64,000 nt of DNA from an uncultured virus (IMG/VR IMGVR_UViG_3300030524_000005) (lineage: Duplodnaviria > Heunggongvirae > Uroviricota > Caudoviricetes). This document shows positions 17,035 through 26,870 of this stretch, piece by piece. The notes below the pieces were generated by a model. It ran no database searches. It worked only from the letters and a program-made list of their open reading frames with translations, and was not told where the DNA came from. How positions within the stretch are numbered: position 1 is the first letter of the stretch; each line of letters opens with the position of its first letter. The translations under genes were made by a program, and so were the position numbers. The stretch is taken from IMG/VR virus record IMGVR_UViG_3300030524_000005. The stretch is one strand, 5' to 3'.

Positions 17035-18510
17035 ATGTTTAAGACCCTGCAAAAGGATTTCCCGAAAGACAAGGATTTCCCGGAGCGGACATTCCGCCTG
17101 CAGACGCTGCAACGAGTGCTCAACGGCACGCTGTATGACGAGCTCAAGCACGCGTTCGACGAGGAAGAGTCTGGCGACGGGACCTACATCCCGTTACGCA
17201 AGCGGCGCCCGAGCGTGCGCATGAATCTATGCCGAACGGTGGTGAATGATTCCGTCTCGCTGCTGTTCTCCGAGGGGCATTTCCCGACCGTCGACCTAAA
17301 AAGCCCCGAGCAAAAGCAGGCGATGGGGAAGCTCATCAAGGAATGCGGCATGAACGCGGTCATGATCGACGCGGCCACGAAAGGCAGTGTCGGGTCCGTC
17401 GCGATCCTGTTCCGCGTGCTCAAGCAGCGCGTGTTCTTCGACGCGATGGAAACCGATTACCTGACGCCGATCTGGAATCCAGAGGCGCCAGACACGCTGC
17501 TGAAGGTCGTTGAAAAGTACAAGGTCAAGGGGCGCGCGCTCAAGGATTCGGGCTATTCGATCAAGCTAGACGACTTCGGCGCCGATTTTTGGTTTTGCCG
17601 CGAGTGGGATGCCGCGGCTGAAACGTGGTTCACGCCGTGGAAGGTGGCGGACGAGGTTGACAAAAAGGCGGCCGGGCTTGAATTCGCGCCGTCGATCGAC
17701 AAAGACAAGACGGTCAAACACGCGCTCGGTTTCGTGCCGGTGGCGTGGGTCAAGAACCTGCCTGGTGGCGACGCGATTGATGGCAAGCCCACGTTCTGCG
17801 GCGAGGCGATCGACACGCAGATCGAGATCGATTACCAACTTTCGCAGGATGGTCGGGGGCTGAAATACACGTCCGATCCGACGCTACTCATCAAAGAACC
17901 GGCGTACGGCGAAAACGGGCCGACGGTCAAAGGTGCCGCCAACGCGATCAAGGTCAGTGCCGAAGGCGACGCCAAGCTGCTCGAAATCAACGGAACCGGA
18001 TCCGCCGCGGTGTTGGATTACGTCAAATACCTGCGCGAGATCCAACTCGAAACGCTGCACGGCAACCGCACCAGCCCCGAGAAAATGTCCTCGGCGCAGT
18101 CGGGCCGCGCAATGGAATTGATGAATCAGGCGCTGGTCTGGCTGGCCGATCGGCTGCGGATCAGCTACGGCGAGGGCGCGCTGAAAGAACTGCTGTGCAT
18201 GATTGCGAAGGCGTCCGAGAAGTCCGAGCTGGTGTTCAAGGATGGCGAAAAGGTCGGCAAGTTCGATATCAAGTCGGGCATCAGCCTGCGCTGGCCGGCC
18301 TGGTACGCACCGACCCTGCAGGACATGCTGACGCGTGCCACCACGCTTGCCAAGCTTTGTGACTCTGGACTGCAGAGCCGCGAGACGGCCATCAAGATCC
18401 TCGCCGCTGAATACGACATCGAAGATGCAGCCGCTGAAAAACGGCTTGCCGATGCCGAGATGGCTGAGCGCAATGCTGCGGCCACCGTAACCGCTGCGAT
18501 CACCGAATAG
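17035..18510 (+). CDS. portal protein
   Basis: 491 aa after terL; NLCRTVVNDSVSLLF, QSGRAMEL. Confidence 0.88.
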   Translation: MFKTLQKDFPKDKDFPERTFRLQTLQRVLNGTLYDELKHAFDEEESGDGTYIPLRKRRPSVRMNLCRTVVNDSVSLLFSEGHFPTVDLKSPEQKQAMGKLIKECGMNAVMIDAATKGSVGSVAILFRVLKQRVFFDAMETDYLTPIWNPEAPDTLLKVVEKYKVKGRALKDSGYSIKLDDFGADFWFCREWDAAAETWFTPWKVADEVDKKAAGLEFAPSIDKDKTVKHALGFVPVAWVKNLPGGDAIDGKPTFCGEAIDTQIEIDYQLSQDGRGLKYTSDPTLLIKEPAYGENGPTVKGAANAIKVSAEGDAKLLEINGTGSAAVLDYVKYLREIQLETLHGNRTSPEKMSSAQSGRAMELMNQALVWLADRLRISYGEGALKELLCMIAKASEKSELVFKDGEKVGKFDIKSGISLRWPAWYAPTLQDMLTRATTLAKLCDSGLQSRETAIKILAAEYDIEDAAAEKRLADAEMAERNAAATVTAAITE

Positions 18511-18582
18511 TTTTGCCCGCCGGCTCGATGCCGGATATCAACCTGGCCGCTCGATGCGGTCGTTTTTCATTGGAGAGGCTAG

Positions 18583-19248
18583 ATGCCAACCCTGTTGCGC
18601 CACTTGATGATGCAAGCCCGTCTGATGTCGCCCGATGGCGACCACGCATCAACCGGAGCACCGCCTGTTACGCCACCGGCGCCAGCCGCACCCGTCACGC
18701 CACCGGTGAAGACCGGTAATCCGCTGCTTGACCTTCCGATTGAGGAAGTCCCTGACCAGTGGCGTGAACACGCCCGCGAATTGCGCCGCGAGAACGCGAG
18801 CCTGCGCGAAAAAACGAAGGTAATTGATGAGGCGGCAGCACAGGCCAAGATCGACGAGGCGGTGAAGAAGGCGATTGATGCCCAGAAGGTCGAGACGAAA
18901 GCGACGCTCGATGCTGAACGCGCCGCTTCGGATCGCCGCATCATCAATTCCGAAGTCAAGGCCGTCGCCGTCTCGCTCGGCCTGCAGGATGTGGACGCGA
19001 TCAAGCTGATCGACACGTCGAGCCTGAAGGTGGATGAAACGACCGGCGAAGTGGCCGGCGTCGCGGAGTTGCTGACGACGTTCAAGACCGCCAAGCCGTA
19101 TCTGTTCAAGGAGCCGCTGGCGAGCACGAGCAGCACCAGCACCCCTCCGCCGAAGAAAAAGGCCGAAACCTTCGATGCGCGCACTGCAACGAAAGAGGAG
19201 ATTGCGGCTGATGCCAAATCTCGCGGCCTGAACCTCAAGGCGTTTTGA
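18583..19248 (+). CDS. capsid scaffolding protein
   Basis: ELRRENAS.R coiled coil, KPYLF; between portal and capsid. Confidence 0.82.
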   Translation: MPTLLRHLMMQARLMSPDGDHASTGAPPVTPPAPAAPVTPPVKTGNPLLDLPIEEVPDQWREHARELRRENASLREKTKVIDEAAAQAKIDEAVKKAIDAQKVETKATLDAERAASDRRIINSEVKAVAVSLGLQDVDAIKLIDTSSLKVDETTGEVAGVAELLTTFKTAKPYLFKEPLASTSSTSTPPPKKKAETFDARTATKEEIAADAKSRGLNLKAF

Positions 19249-19352
19249 TCGTTCGTTGACCTACCGGCCGCCTCACGCGGCCACTTGCATTATTGCCCGA
19301 CAGCCCTGGTGGCGAGGGGGAAACACCCTACCCAAACCACACAGGACTTGTC

Positions 19353-20714
19353 ATGGCTTTTAATAACCTCCCCGCATCAATTCAGTCGGTGATTCAGCTC
19401 GGCTATCTCGAGCACCAGTTCGGCATGCCGTTGCGCGCCAAACTGGGTTTCCGCGCTATTGCCGATCGTGAGCCGTTCATGGCGAACATCGGTGAAACGA
19501 TCGCCAAGACCCGCACCGGCTTGCTCCCGGCTATCACGACCCCAATGTCACCGGCGGACAACTCCGACATCACGTCGGGCCTGACCGCGCAGAACTACAG
19601 CGTCGAGCAGTACATTCTGGGCATCGCTCAATATCCCGGCATGATGCAGCTCAACATCGCTACGGCGCGTGTTGCGATCGACAACCTGTTCCTGCGCAAC
19701 GGTTACGCGCTGGGCGAACAGGCCTACCGTTCGGTCGATACGCTGGCGCAGATGGCGCTGTTCAACGCGTACATGGGCGGCAATACCCGTGTACGTACCA
19801 CGCTCGGCTCGCCGGCCGCCACCATCTCGGTCGATGATATCCGTGGATTCCAAAACACACTGAACAGCGCCGGCCAGGTGGTGCCGATCTCGTCGTCGAA
19901 TGCGGTGAACGTGGTTGTCGGCAGTGACACGTACTCGCTGCAAGGTTCGACCGCAGACGGGTCCAACGTATCGACTACGCCGGGCGGCGTTTCCGGCACA
20001 CTGACGTTCTCGACCTCGGTGACGGTTGCCGATGCTACCGCGCTGAATGCGGTTGTCTCGTCCGTGGCGCCAGTGGTACTTCGCCCGACGATCACGAGTT
20101 CAGGCCTGATGGCCGCCACATCCGCTGCCATCTCTGCGACCAACGACAACAACAGCGGCAAGTTGACGATGGGTATGATCCTGAACGCCAAGGCCACGAT
20201 GGCGGCCAATGGCGTGCCGGTGGTTGATGCGACGGGCATGTATCACATGTACCTCGATCCGCTTCAGGCGACCGGGTTGTACAGCGATCCGGCCTTCCAG
20301 ATGTTCTTCCGTGGTCAGGTGACGACCGAGGAATATCGCCAGGGCGTTGTTGCCGAGCTTCTGGGCGTGCGGCTCCAAGAAACCAACTTGAACCCGGTCC
20401 AGACGTTGGCCGGTGTCGGTACGGTTCGCCGTGGAGTCCTGTGTGGTCAGGGCGCGCTGGTCGAAGGCGTGTTCACGAACGAAGCCTATCGCGGCAATCT
20501 CGAAGGTCAGGACAAGGACGACTCGATCGTCATCGTCGACGACATTGCGATGGTGACTCGCTCGCCGCTTGATGCGCTTCAGCAGGTGATTACGCAAACG
20601 TGGTCGTATTCGGGCGGTTTTGCCGTGCCGACCGACACCACCACCACGTCCGCAACGATTCCGACCGCCAATAGCTCGGCGTGCAAACGCGCAATCATTC
20701 TGGAATCGCTTTAA
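19353..20714 (+). CDS. major capsid protein
   Basis: Position and size (453 aa); IGETIAKTR, DALQQVITQTW. Confidence 0.85.
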   Translation: MAFNNLPASIQSVIQLGYLEHQFGMPLRAKLGFRAIADREPFMANIGETIAKTRTGLLPAITTPMSPADNSDITSGLTAQNYSVEQYILGIAQYPGMMQLNIATARVAIDNLFLRNGYALGEQAYRSVDTLAQMALFNAYMGGNTRVRTTLGSPAATISVDDIRGFQNTLNSAGQVVPISSSNAVNVVVGSDTYSLQGSTADGSNVSTTPGGVSGTLTFSTSVTVADATALNAVVSSVAPVVLRPTITSSGLMAATSAAISATNDNNSGKLTMGMILNAKATMAANGVPVVDATGMYHMYLDPLQATGLYSDPAFQMFFRGQVTTEEYRQGVVAELLGVRLQETNLNPVQTLAGVGTVRRGVLCGQGALVEGVFTNEAYRGNLEGQDKDDSIVIVDDIAMVTRSPLDALQQVITQTWSYSGGFAVPTDTTTTSATIPTANSSACKRAIILESL

Positions 20715-20797
20715 TCGTCCAGTCACAAGGGACCGGGAGCAATCCCGGCTCCTTTTCAAGCCTCTGTCCCCTCGGGGGCTTCATAAAGGAGATCACC

Positions 20798-20998
20798 ATG
20801 GCCAGGCCCAAGCAAGAAGCACCGGACGCACCCGAAGTCACCGAGTCTGCGGCGCCCAAGTTCGTACTCAAGAAGAATCACGGCCTGATGACGCACGGTC
20901 GCACGCATCAGCATTTTACCGCTGGTACCGAGTTTGATCCCATCAAGGATGGTGCGCTGATTACGCAACTCGTCCAGTCCGGCGCGCTCTTCGAGTAA
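20798..20998 (+). CDS. small head-associated protein
   Basis: AAGGAG RBS; follows capsid gene. Confidence 0.6.
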   Translation: MARPKQEAPDAPEVTESAAPKFVLKKNHGLMTHGRTHQHFTAGTEFDPIKDGALITQLVQSGALFE

Positions 20999-21001
20999 TC
21001 C

Positions 21002-21397
21002 ATGGCCTTCACGCCCTATACCTTTACTGATGCGCAACTCGTTGATGTTCGGCGTTTCTGCGGGTACCCGGCGTACGGCGATGGTGACGTCGTGTTCCCC
21101 TACCCGTGGATCATGCGCCAGTACCTCGCGCTCGAATACCGCCTGCAGCACATCAGTGCGAACGAAGGTCTGGTGGTCGTGAATACCTACCTCACCAACC
21201 TCTACGCGCTGGAAACGGCCATCCCAGGTACGAGCGCGAACCTTGATACCGATGTGGCTGCAGTATGGACTCACAATAAGAATGAGCAATTGGACAGAGA
21301 TCGCCTCTTTGACTCCTGGCGCATGCGGCTGTGCAATTTCCTAGGGGTTCCGAAAGGTCCGAACTTTGGCGGCTGCTCTAACGCGCTGGTGGTTTGA
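21002..21397 (+). CDS. head-tail adaptor
   Basis: DVRRFCGYP N-terminus; position. Confidence 0.65.
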   Translation: MAFTPYTFTDAQLVDVRRFCGYPAYGDGDVVFPYPWIMRQYLALEYRLQHISANEGLVVVNTYLTNLYALETAIPGTSANLDTDVAAVWTHNKNEQLDRDRLFDSWRMRLCNFLGVPKGPNFGGCSNALVV

Positions 21398-21826
21398 ATG
21401 ACTGTTATCTGCTGGGATGGCAGCTCGCTTTCCGCCGATCGCCTGATGGAAATGAATGGCGGGAAGTTTCCAGTCTGCAAGATTCAGCGTCTCGATGACG
21501 GCTCTTTGCTGGGCGGCGCAGGCGATCTGCCGCGTGCGTATGAGATAGTCAATTGGTGCATCAAGGGACGCAAGCCGGGAAAGCTGGCAGCGCCTATCGG
21601 AGATACTTACGCGCGCATTCTGTTCATCGATCCAGATGGCACCGCATTGATCTACGCGAACAATGAGTTTCCGATTCGCATATTGCGGTCGTATGCTGCG
21701 ATTGGCAGCGGCCAGGATTACGCCATCACCTCAATGCATCTTGGCAAAACTTCTGCCGAAGCTGTCGCCATCGCATCCGAACTGTGCTCGTCTGTTGGTA
21801 TGGGCATCGACACGTTGGAGCTCTGA
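21398..21826 (+). CDS. Ntn-hydrolase, HslV/proteasome-beta-like peptidase
   Basis: N-terminal Thr, ADR, K, GAGD, AIGSG, EAVAIA. Confidence 0.75.
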   Translation: MTVICWDGSSLSADRLMEMNGGKFPVCKIQRLDDGSLLGGAGDLPRAYEIVNWCIKGRKPGKLAAPIGDTYARILFIDPDGTALIYANNEFPIRILRSYAAIGSGQDYAITSMHLGKTSAEAVAIASELCSSVGMGIDTLEL

Positions 21827-22461
21827 TGGACGCCGCACTGATTCAAGCCAAGATTTACGCGGGGTATGCGAAGGCGGCGCTGCGGATCGGGCCTCCACAC
21901 TGCCTGTATCGACCGGGACCCGTGTTGATCAATCCGATCCAGCCTGCGAACCAGCTCGGTACTTTGAACGCGAGTTTCAACATCGGCGGCACGTATAGCG
22001 GGCAGTCGAAATCGAATCAGTTGTACTGGCAGATCATCGTGGATGGGTCGCAGCTTGCGGTAGGCGATTATCTGGTCGGCTGCGAGACGTATTGCGTGCT
22101 GGCGATGGACAGTTTGATGCCGCCGATTGCACTGCGCTGCACGCAGACGCTGACATTCTCGCGACCACTGATCAACAGCCTGCCGGGCGAGCAGCCGTAC
22201 CCAAATCCAGACCTTGATACCGCTTACGCTCAGGGAATACCCGGAGTACTAAGCGTCAAGAAGGAAACAGGCCGACCGGCCGCGCAACTGCCCACTGACA
22301 ACGCATTACGGGCCTTTTACGCTGCATTCTTCTATCTTCCGGACGGTGCCGTACAAACTCGGGACCAAGTGACGGACGAAAACGGGGATAATTACCAGGT
22401 CGTCTCTGCGCAAAAGGGCCTTTTGGGCTACGAAGCGCTTCTCGAACTGGTTGAGGCATAA
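21826..22461 (+). CDS. head closure/neck protein
   Basis: Position in the head-tail block. Confidence 0.55.
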   Translation: MDAALIQAKIYAGYAKAALRIGPPHCLYRPGPVLINPIQPANQLGTLNASFNIGGTYSGQSKSNQLYWQIIVDGSQLAVGDYLVGCETYCVLAMDSLMPPIALRCTQTLTFSRPLINSLPGEQPYPNPDLDTAYAQGIPGVLSVKKETGRPAAQLPTDNALRAFYAAFFYLPDGAVQTRDQVTDENGDNYQVVSAQKGLLGYEALLELVEA

Positions 22462-23283
22462 ATGGCGGATCTGTCAGACGTCCAAAACACGCTAGTGAGT
22501 TTAGCGAGCGCAGCGCTATACCCGAACGGCGCGTCACAGCCAAGCGCGATCGCGGTGGCGGCCACTGTGGTTCCTGGCTGGCCGATTGCGGCGCAACTGG
22601 ATGCGATTATCAAGGCCGGCAACGCCATGGTGAGCGTCTACCAGATGCCTGGCATGGGCAAGAACACCACGCGCTTTATCGGTGACGACGACGCGCAGAA
22701 CGCGATTCCCACGCCGCAACTATCGCTGATCGTCTACCTGAATATGGTGACTGTCGGCGGCAGGATCAACCCGGGCGAAGCCGCCACGCTCACGGTGAAT
22801 TACCAGCCGTACAGCTACGCGGTCAAAGTGGGCGACACGGTCGAGACGATTGCCGCAGCACTCGCGGCGCTGATTCCCGGCGCATCGGTCAGTAGCTACG
22901 TGATCGTGATCAATGGCGCCTTCGAGATCAAGACGGATATTTCGGTGCCGGTCGTGATGCAGCATGAAATCGGCCGACAAGCACAGGTTTTCATGGTCGC
23001 CGGTTGGGCGCCGACGCCCGCTATTCGCGATGCCATAGGCAAAGTCCTGGAGCCAGCGTTCAAACTGCAACCGCGCATCGTACTGCCCGACAATACTGTG
23101 GCGCGCCTGTTGTATCGCGGCACCATCGAGACGGACACGCTCCAGAAACAGCGCATTTACCGCCGTAACCTACTGTACGAAGTCGAGTTCGCGCTGATCA
23201 CAGTCCATACCGACAACACCGTGACGAATCGGAGCGCAACCGTTACGTCGATCGGCGGTACAACCCACACTACCAACATCTGA
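22462..23283 (+). CDS. tail terminator/neck protein
   Basis: Position before sheath; MADLSDV..PGWP. Confidence 0.6.
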   Translation: MADLSDVQNTLVSLASAALYPNGASQPSAIAVAATVVPGWPIAAQLDAIIKAGNAMVSVYQMPGMGKNTTRFIGDDDAQNAIPTPQLSLIVYLNMVTVGGRINPGEAATLTVNYQPYSYAVKVGDTVETIAAALAALIPGASVSSYVIVINGAFEIKTDISVPVVMQHEIGRQAQVFMVAGWAPTPAIRDAIGKVLEPAFKLQPRIVLPDNTVARLLYRGTIETDTLQKQRIYRRNLLYEVEFALITVHTDNTVTNRSATVTSIGGTTHTTNI

Positions 23284-23290
23284 GGCGCAC

Positions 23291-23491
23291 ATGGCAACGA
23301 AACAATCCGATGCAGGAACGACCGAGCAGGTAGACGCTTCCGCTGAGCCGGTGAACACGCTGGGCCACTATCTAGTGGTGCGTCACGCCTTCGCGAATTA
23401 CCGCAAGGGCGATGCGATCCGCGATCCGGCCGAAATCGCCGCAGTGAAGTCCGGCGAAAACGCCCATTTCGTGCATAAGGTGATCGGATGA
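23291..23491 (+). CDS. small virion-associated protein
   Basis: GAGG RBS; VVRHAFANYRKGD. Confidence 0.55.
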   Translation: MATKQSDAGTTEQVDASAEPVNTLGHYLVVRHAFANYRKGDAIRDPAEIAAVKSGENAHFVHKVIG

Positions 23492-23730
23492 TTGCCGATC
23501 CCAGTCGCGCGGCTGGCATGGCGCTCAAAATAGCGGTCGAGCGCTTCGTCGGTCAGGAGGCAACGCCGCCTGTCTGCGTTCGCATCAAGAAGGCATTCAT
23601 CCAGATCATGCGCGATCAATTCAGCCTCGACTGGAGCCGGCACGCCTGGCAGATTCAGGTCTGGTTCATTGATGGCCACAAGCCGAACGTGAAAATCCCG
23701 CCGCACCTACTGATGACTGCAGTCCACTAG
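23488..23730 (+). CDS. hypothetical protein
   Basis: ATGA overlap; followed by terminators. Confidence 0.5.
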   Translation: MIADPSRAAGMALKIAVERFVGQEATPPVCVRIKKAFIQIMRDQFSLDWSRHAWQIQVWFIDGHKPNVKIPPHLLMTAVH

Positions 23731-23748
23731 ACACGCCCACCTTCGCAT

Positions 23749-23833
23749 AAGCCGCCTTCGGGTGGCTTTTTTCGTTTACGGCCGCCTCCGGGCGGCTTTT
23801 TCATTTCTAGACCCGCCGCGTGCGGGTTTTTTT
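23749..23833 (+). terminator. three consecutive intrinsic terminators
   Basis: GCCGCC-TTCG-GGTGGC-T6; GCCGCC-TCCG-GGCGGC-T5; ACCCGC..GCGGGT-T6. Confidence 0.8.
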
Positions 23834-23850
23834 ACGCCCGGAGCTCGTCC

Positions 23851-25845
23851 ATGCCAGTGTACCAAGCAGGCAATTTAAACGTCACCGCACTGCAGGCCCC
23901 CGACCTGTACGTCATCATCCAGCCGCCCAGCATCGCCTATATCAACGGCGTGCCGACCGATGGTCTTGGTCTGGTCGGCGTCGGTTCGTGGGGCCCGGTC
24001 AATGCCGCCATGATGGGCATCGGCAACAGCGCGCAGGCGCAGCAAATGGTCGGCCCGATCACGTTCCGCCAGCATGACATTGCCACGGCGGTGGCGATCG
24101 GTGACATGAACAACGTCCAGAATTACATCCTGGTGCGCGTGTCGGACGGCACGGATACGGCGGCCAGTGCAGCCCTGAAAGATACGCTCGGCTCACCGGT
24201 CACCGGGATGACGCTTACCGGCATGTACACCGGAATCGTCGGCAACGGCATCACGTCCTCGATTGTAGCGGGCACCGCGGCCAATACCTACAAGCTGACA
24301 ATTCAGCGCGCAGGCTTCACGCCGGAGGTGTTCAACAACCTCTCGCAGGGCGTGAGTAGCGGCGCGGTCACGCCGGGCACCGGCTTTACCTCGGTCCCGG
24401 CGCTGTCCATTTCCGCGCCACAGGGCGCCAATGGCGTGCAGGCGACCGGCATCATCAGCCTCGAAGTGCTGTCGGCCAACGTGACTGGAGGCGGTGCGAG
24501 CGGCGGCACTGGCTACGTGACTGGCGACACGATCACGATGGCGAATGGCGTGATCCTGACGGTTACCGCTGCCTCGGGCATCATCACGTCGCTGGTGGTC
24601 TTCAATGCTGGCGCGCTGACTGGTGGTGTGGCCCCGACGACCGCGGTCGCTCCCGCCTCGACTTCGGGTGTCGGTGTCGGCGCACTCGTGAATATGGTGT
24701 GGGGCCTCGGCGCCTTCACGCCAGTTACTCCGGGTGCGGCCTATACCTCGGCAACCGCAACACTCACGGGCGGCGGCGGTACCGGCGGATCGATCGCGCT
24801 GACCACCAGTGTATGGCTCAACATGGTCAACGCCGTGAACAACGGCCAGACCGGCTTGCGCGGCCCCTCGGTGAATTGCATCGCGACACTGGGCACTTCC
24901 GCGAATGCACCGAACCTGACGAACACCTATACGCTCTCCGGCGGTACCGATGGCGCGTATGGCGTCACCGATAACACGCTGGTCGGCGCAGACGGCCTGA
25001 CCCGCTCTGGTATGTATGCGCTGCGCAAGTCGGGCGCGCAAGTTGGCAACCTGATCGACTGCCAGACGCCGGCTACCTGGAGCGCGCAACTCGCTCTTGG
25101 CTTGCAGGAGGGCATCTATTTCCACGGCGCTAACCCGGTGGGTACCAGCATCACCACCAGTGCGACCAACCTCGCCAATTCCGGTGTCGATGGTTACGGA
25201 TTCGCATGTCTCGTGGGCGACTGGTCGTATTACAACGACACCGTCAACGGCGTGCAGCGCCTGGTGTCGCCCGCGACCTTCACCTCTGCCTTGCAAGCCG
25301 CAACCAGCCCGGAGCAATCGATTCTCAATGCCCCGATCGCGGGTGTGCTGGCGACGCAGAGCAGTATGCAGAACTTGCCGTACAGCGATGCGCAAATCGC
25401 ACAGTGCGCCACCTCACGGCTTGAGGTACTGACGCTCGGCGCCCCGGCTGGATCCATCTTTGCATGCCGCACTGGTCAGAACGCCAGCAGCAACAGCGCG
25501 ACGAACGGCGACAATTACACGCGCATGACCAACTACATCGCGTTCACGATCGCGAGCGCGTTCGGCTATGTACCGGGCAAGGTGCAGACGATCAACCTGC
25601 GGCGCAATGTGAAGGGCGCGATGGATGCGTTCTTTGCGAATCTGCAGGCGAACAACATGATCGGCAATGTGAATGCGCCGACGCAACCCGGCTGGTCGGT
25701 GCAGCTCAATGCGGCGAACAACCCGATGAGTCAGGTAGCGTTGGGCTACATGGTCGCGACCGTCATGGTCACGTACCTGAGCATTGTTCGGATGTTCCTC
25801 GTCAACATCGAAGGCGGCCAGTCGGTCACCGTCACCCCGCAGTAA
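23851..25845 (+). CDS. contractile tail sheath protein with inserted beta-domains
   Basis: APDLYV..GLVGVGSWGPVN, LVRVSDGTD, C-terminal MVATVMVTYL; central GTGY/FTS insert. Confidence 0.9.
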   Translation: MPVYQAGNLNVTALQAPDLYVIIQPPSIAYINGVPTDGLGLVGVGSWGPVNAAMMGIGNSAQAQQMVGPITFRQHDIATAVAIGDMNNVQNYILVRVSDGTDTAASAALKDTLGSPVTGMTLTGMYTGIVGNGITSSIVAGTAANTYKLTIQRAGFTPEVFNNLSQGVSSGAVTPGTGFTSVPALSISAPQGANGVQATGIISLEVLSANVTGGGASGGTGYVTGDTITMANGVILTVTAASGIITSLVVFNAGALTGGVAPTTAVAPASTSGVGVGALVNMVWGLGAFTPVTPGAAYTSATATLTGGGGTGGSIALTTSVWLNMVNAVNNGQTGLRGPSVNCIATLGTSANAPNLTNTYTLSGGTDGAYGVTDNTLVGADGLTRSGMYALRKSGAQVGNLIDCQTPATWSAQLALGLQEGIYFHGANPVGTSITTSATNLANSGVDGYGFACLVGDWSYYNDTVNGVQRLVSPATFTSALQAATSPEQSILNAPIAGVLATQSSMQNLPYSDAQIAQCATSRLEVLTLGAPAGSIFACRTGQNASSNSATNGDNYTRMTNYIAFTIASAFGYVPGKVQTINLRRNVKGAMDAFFANLQANNMIGNVNAPTQPGWSVQLNAANNPMSQVALGYMVATVMVTYLSIVRMFLVNIEGGQSVTVTPQ

Positions 25846-25863
25846 TCATTCCCAACCCATGCA

Positions 25864-25885
25864 GGCCGCCTCCGGGCGGCTTTTT
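25864..25885 (+). terminator. intrinsic terminator
   Basis: GCCGCC-TCCG-GGCGGC-T5. Confidence 0.75.
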
Positions 25886-25902
25886 GCATTCTGGAGCACG
25901 CC

Positions 25903-26337
25903 ATGCCGTTAAACGGTCTCTCAATTGGGAGTGATTATCGCTTCGACGTCTTGACGCCGACCGGTCTGCTCACGCTCCCCACGCTGACGAAGTTTTCGAA
26001 GAAAAAGATCAAGAGCTCGATCACGGTCAAGCCGATCGGAAGCCTGCCCATCATCCTCACGTTTCAAGAGGGCGGCTGGGAAGGCTCGTTCGAGATTTCG
26101 CGCGCCGATGCCACCCTCGACACGTACTTCTCGCAGTTCGAAGCCGCTTACTACGCGGGCGTGAATCAGCCGGCCGGCTTCATCTCGGAAACGATCAATG
26201 AGGTCAATGGGCCCCCGACCTCGTGGCAATTGCAGGGCGTCGTGCTGTTTTTCGAAGATGCCGGCGATATCGAAGCCGAAAAGAACGTGATTCAAAAGGT
26301 TTCGTTCGCCGCCAGCACTCGCATTGGACCCCTGTAA
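25903..26337 (+). CDS. tail tube protein
   Basis: 144 aa directly after sheath; GWEGSFEI. Confidence 0.8.
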   Translation: MPLNGLSIGSDYRFDVLTPTGLLTLPTLTKFSKKKIKSSITVKPIGSLPIILTFQEGGWEGSFEISRADATLDTYFSQFEAAYYAGVNQPAGFISETINEVNGPPTSWQLQGVVLFFEDAGDIEAEKNVIQKVSFAASTRIGPL

Positions 26338-26700
26338 ATGACCGAACTTCAAGTGACTGAAACCAGCGGCGCCGCAGCCGCCCCTGTGTTGAATGGTGAC
26401 ACGGTGGTGGTCGATGTGGCAGACGGCCGCAAGTTGACCCTGACCTATCCCGGCCCGCTTGCGCAGTACGAAATCGTGCTGGCCATCGGCAACGAAGCCT
26501 CCGAGAACACCCGTTTCGTTCAGATGTGCCTGCCGTTGATCTATTTGAGCGGGATCGATGCTGAGCCGATTTTCCTGCCGACGTCGCTGTTGCAGGTTAA
26601 GGCGCTGATCGGTCGACTGGGGCACAAGGGCCTGGCCGCGCTCACCAACGGCGTGAAGCTGTTCGACGGCAAGGAAGACGTCCAAGCAGCAAAAAAATAA
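26338..26700 (+). CDS. tail assembly chaperone (G)
   Basis: Follows tube; ends in slippery GCA AAA AAA TAA. Confidence 0.8.
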   Translation: MTELQVTETSGAAAAPVLNGDTVVVDVADGRKLTLTYPGPLAQYEIVLAIGNEASENTRFVQMCLPLIYLSGIDAEPIFLPTSLLQVKALIGRLGHKGLAALTNGVKLFDGKEDVQAAKK

Positions 26701-26870
26701 GCCGGGACGCTGGTGTGCGCCAGGTATTGATGCTGACGAAAGCCGGCGTCCCGTGGGATGTCGTGAATCGGTTCTCGCGCACTGAATTGCTCGGGTTTTG
26801 CGTGGCGTCAGGCGAAATCGAAGGCCGCAAGTTCTCTTGGTCGCGTATGGAGTGGATCGCCCCGAAATGA
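26697..26870 (+). CDS. tail assembly chaperone T segment (-1 frameshift extension)
   Basis: Open -1 frame ISRDAGVRQVL..GVPWDV..FSWSRMEW ending in ATGA overlap. Confidence 0.75.
   Translation: MSRDAGVRQVLMLTKAGVPWDVVNRFSRTELLGFCVASGEIEGRKFSWSRMEWIAPK

Noticed and set aside
24193..25395. 400-aa antisense ORF (similarly 12263-13093, 25921-26880, 27220-28173, 32686-33672)
   Set aside because: Antisense shadows of high-GC genes with no recognisable motifs
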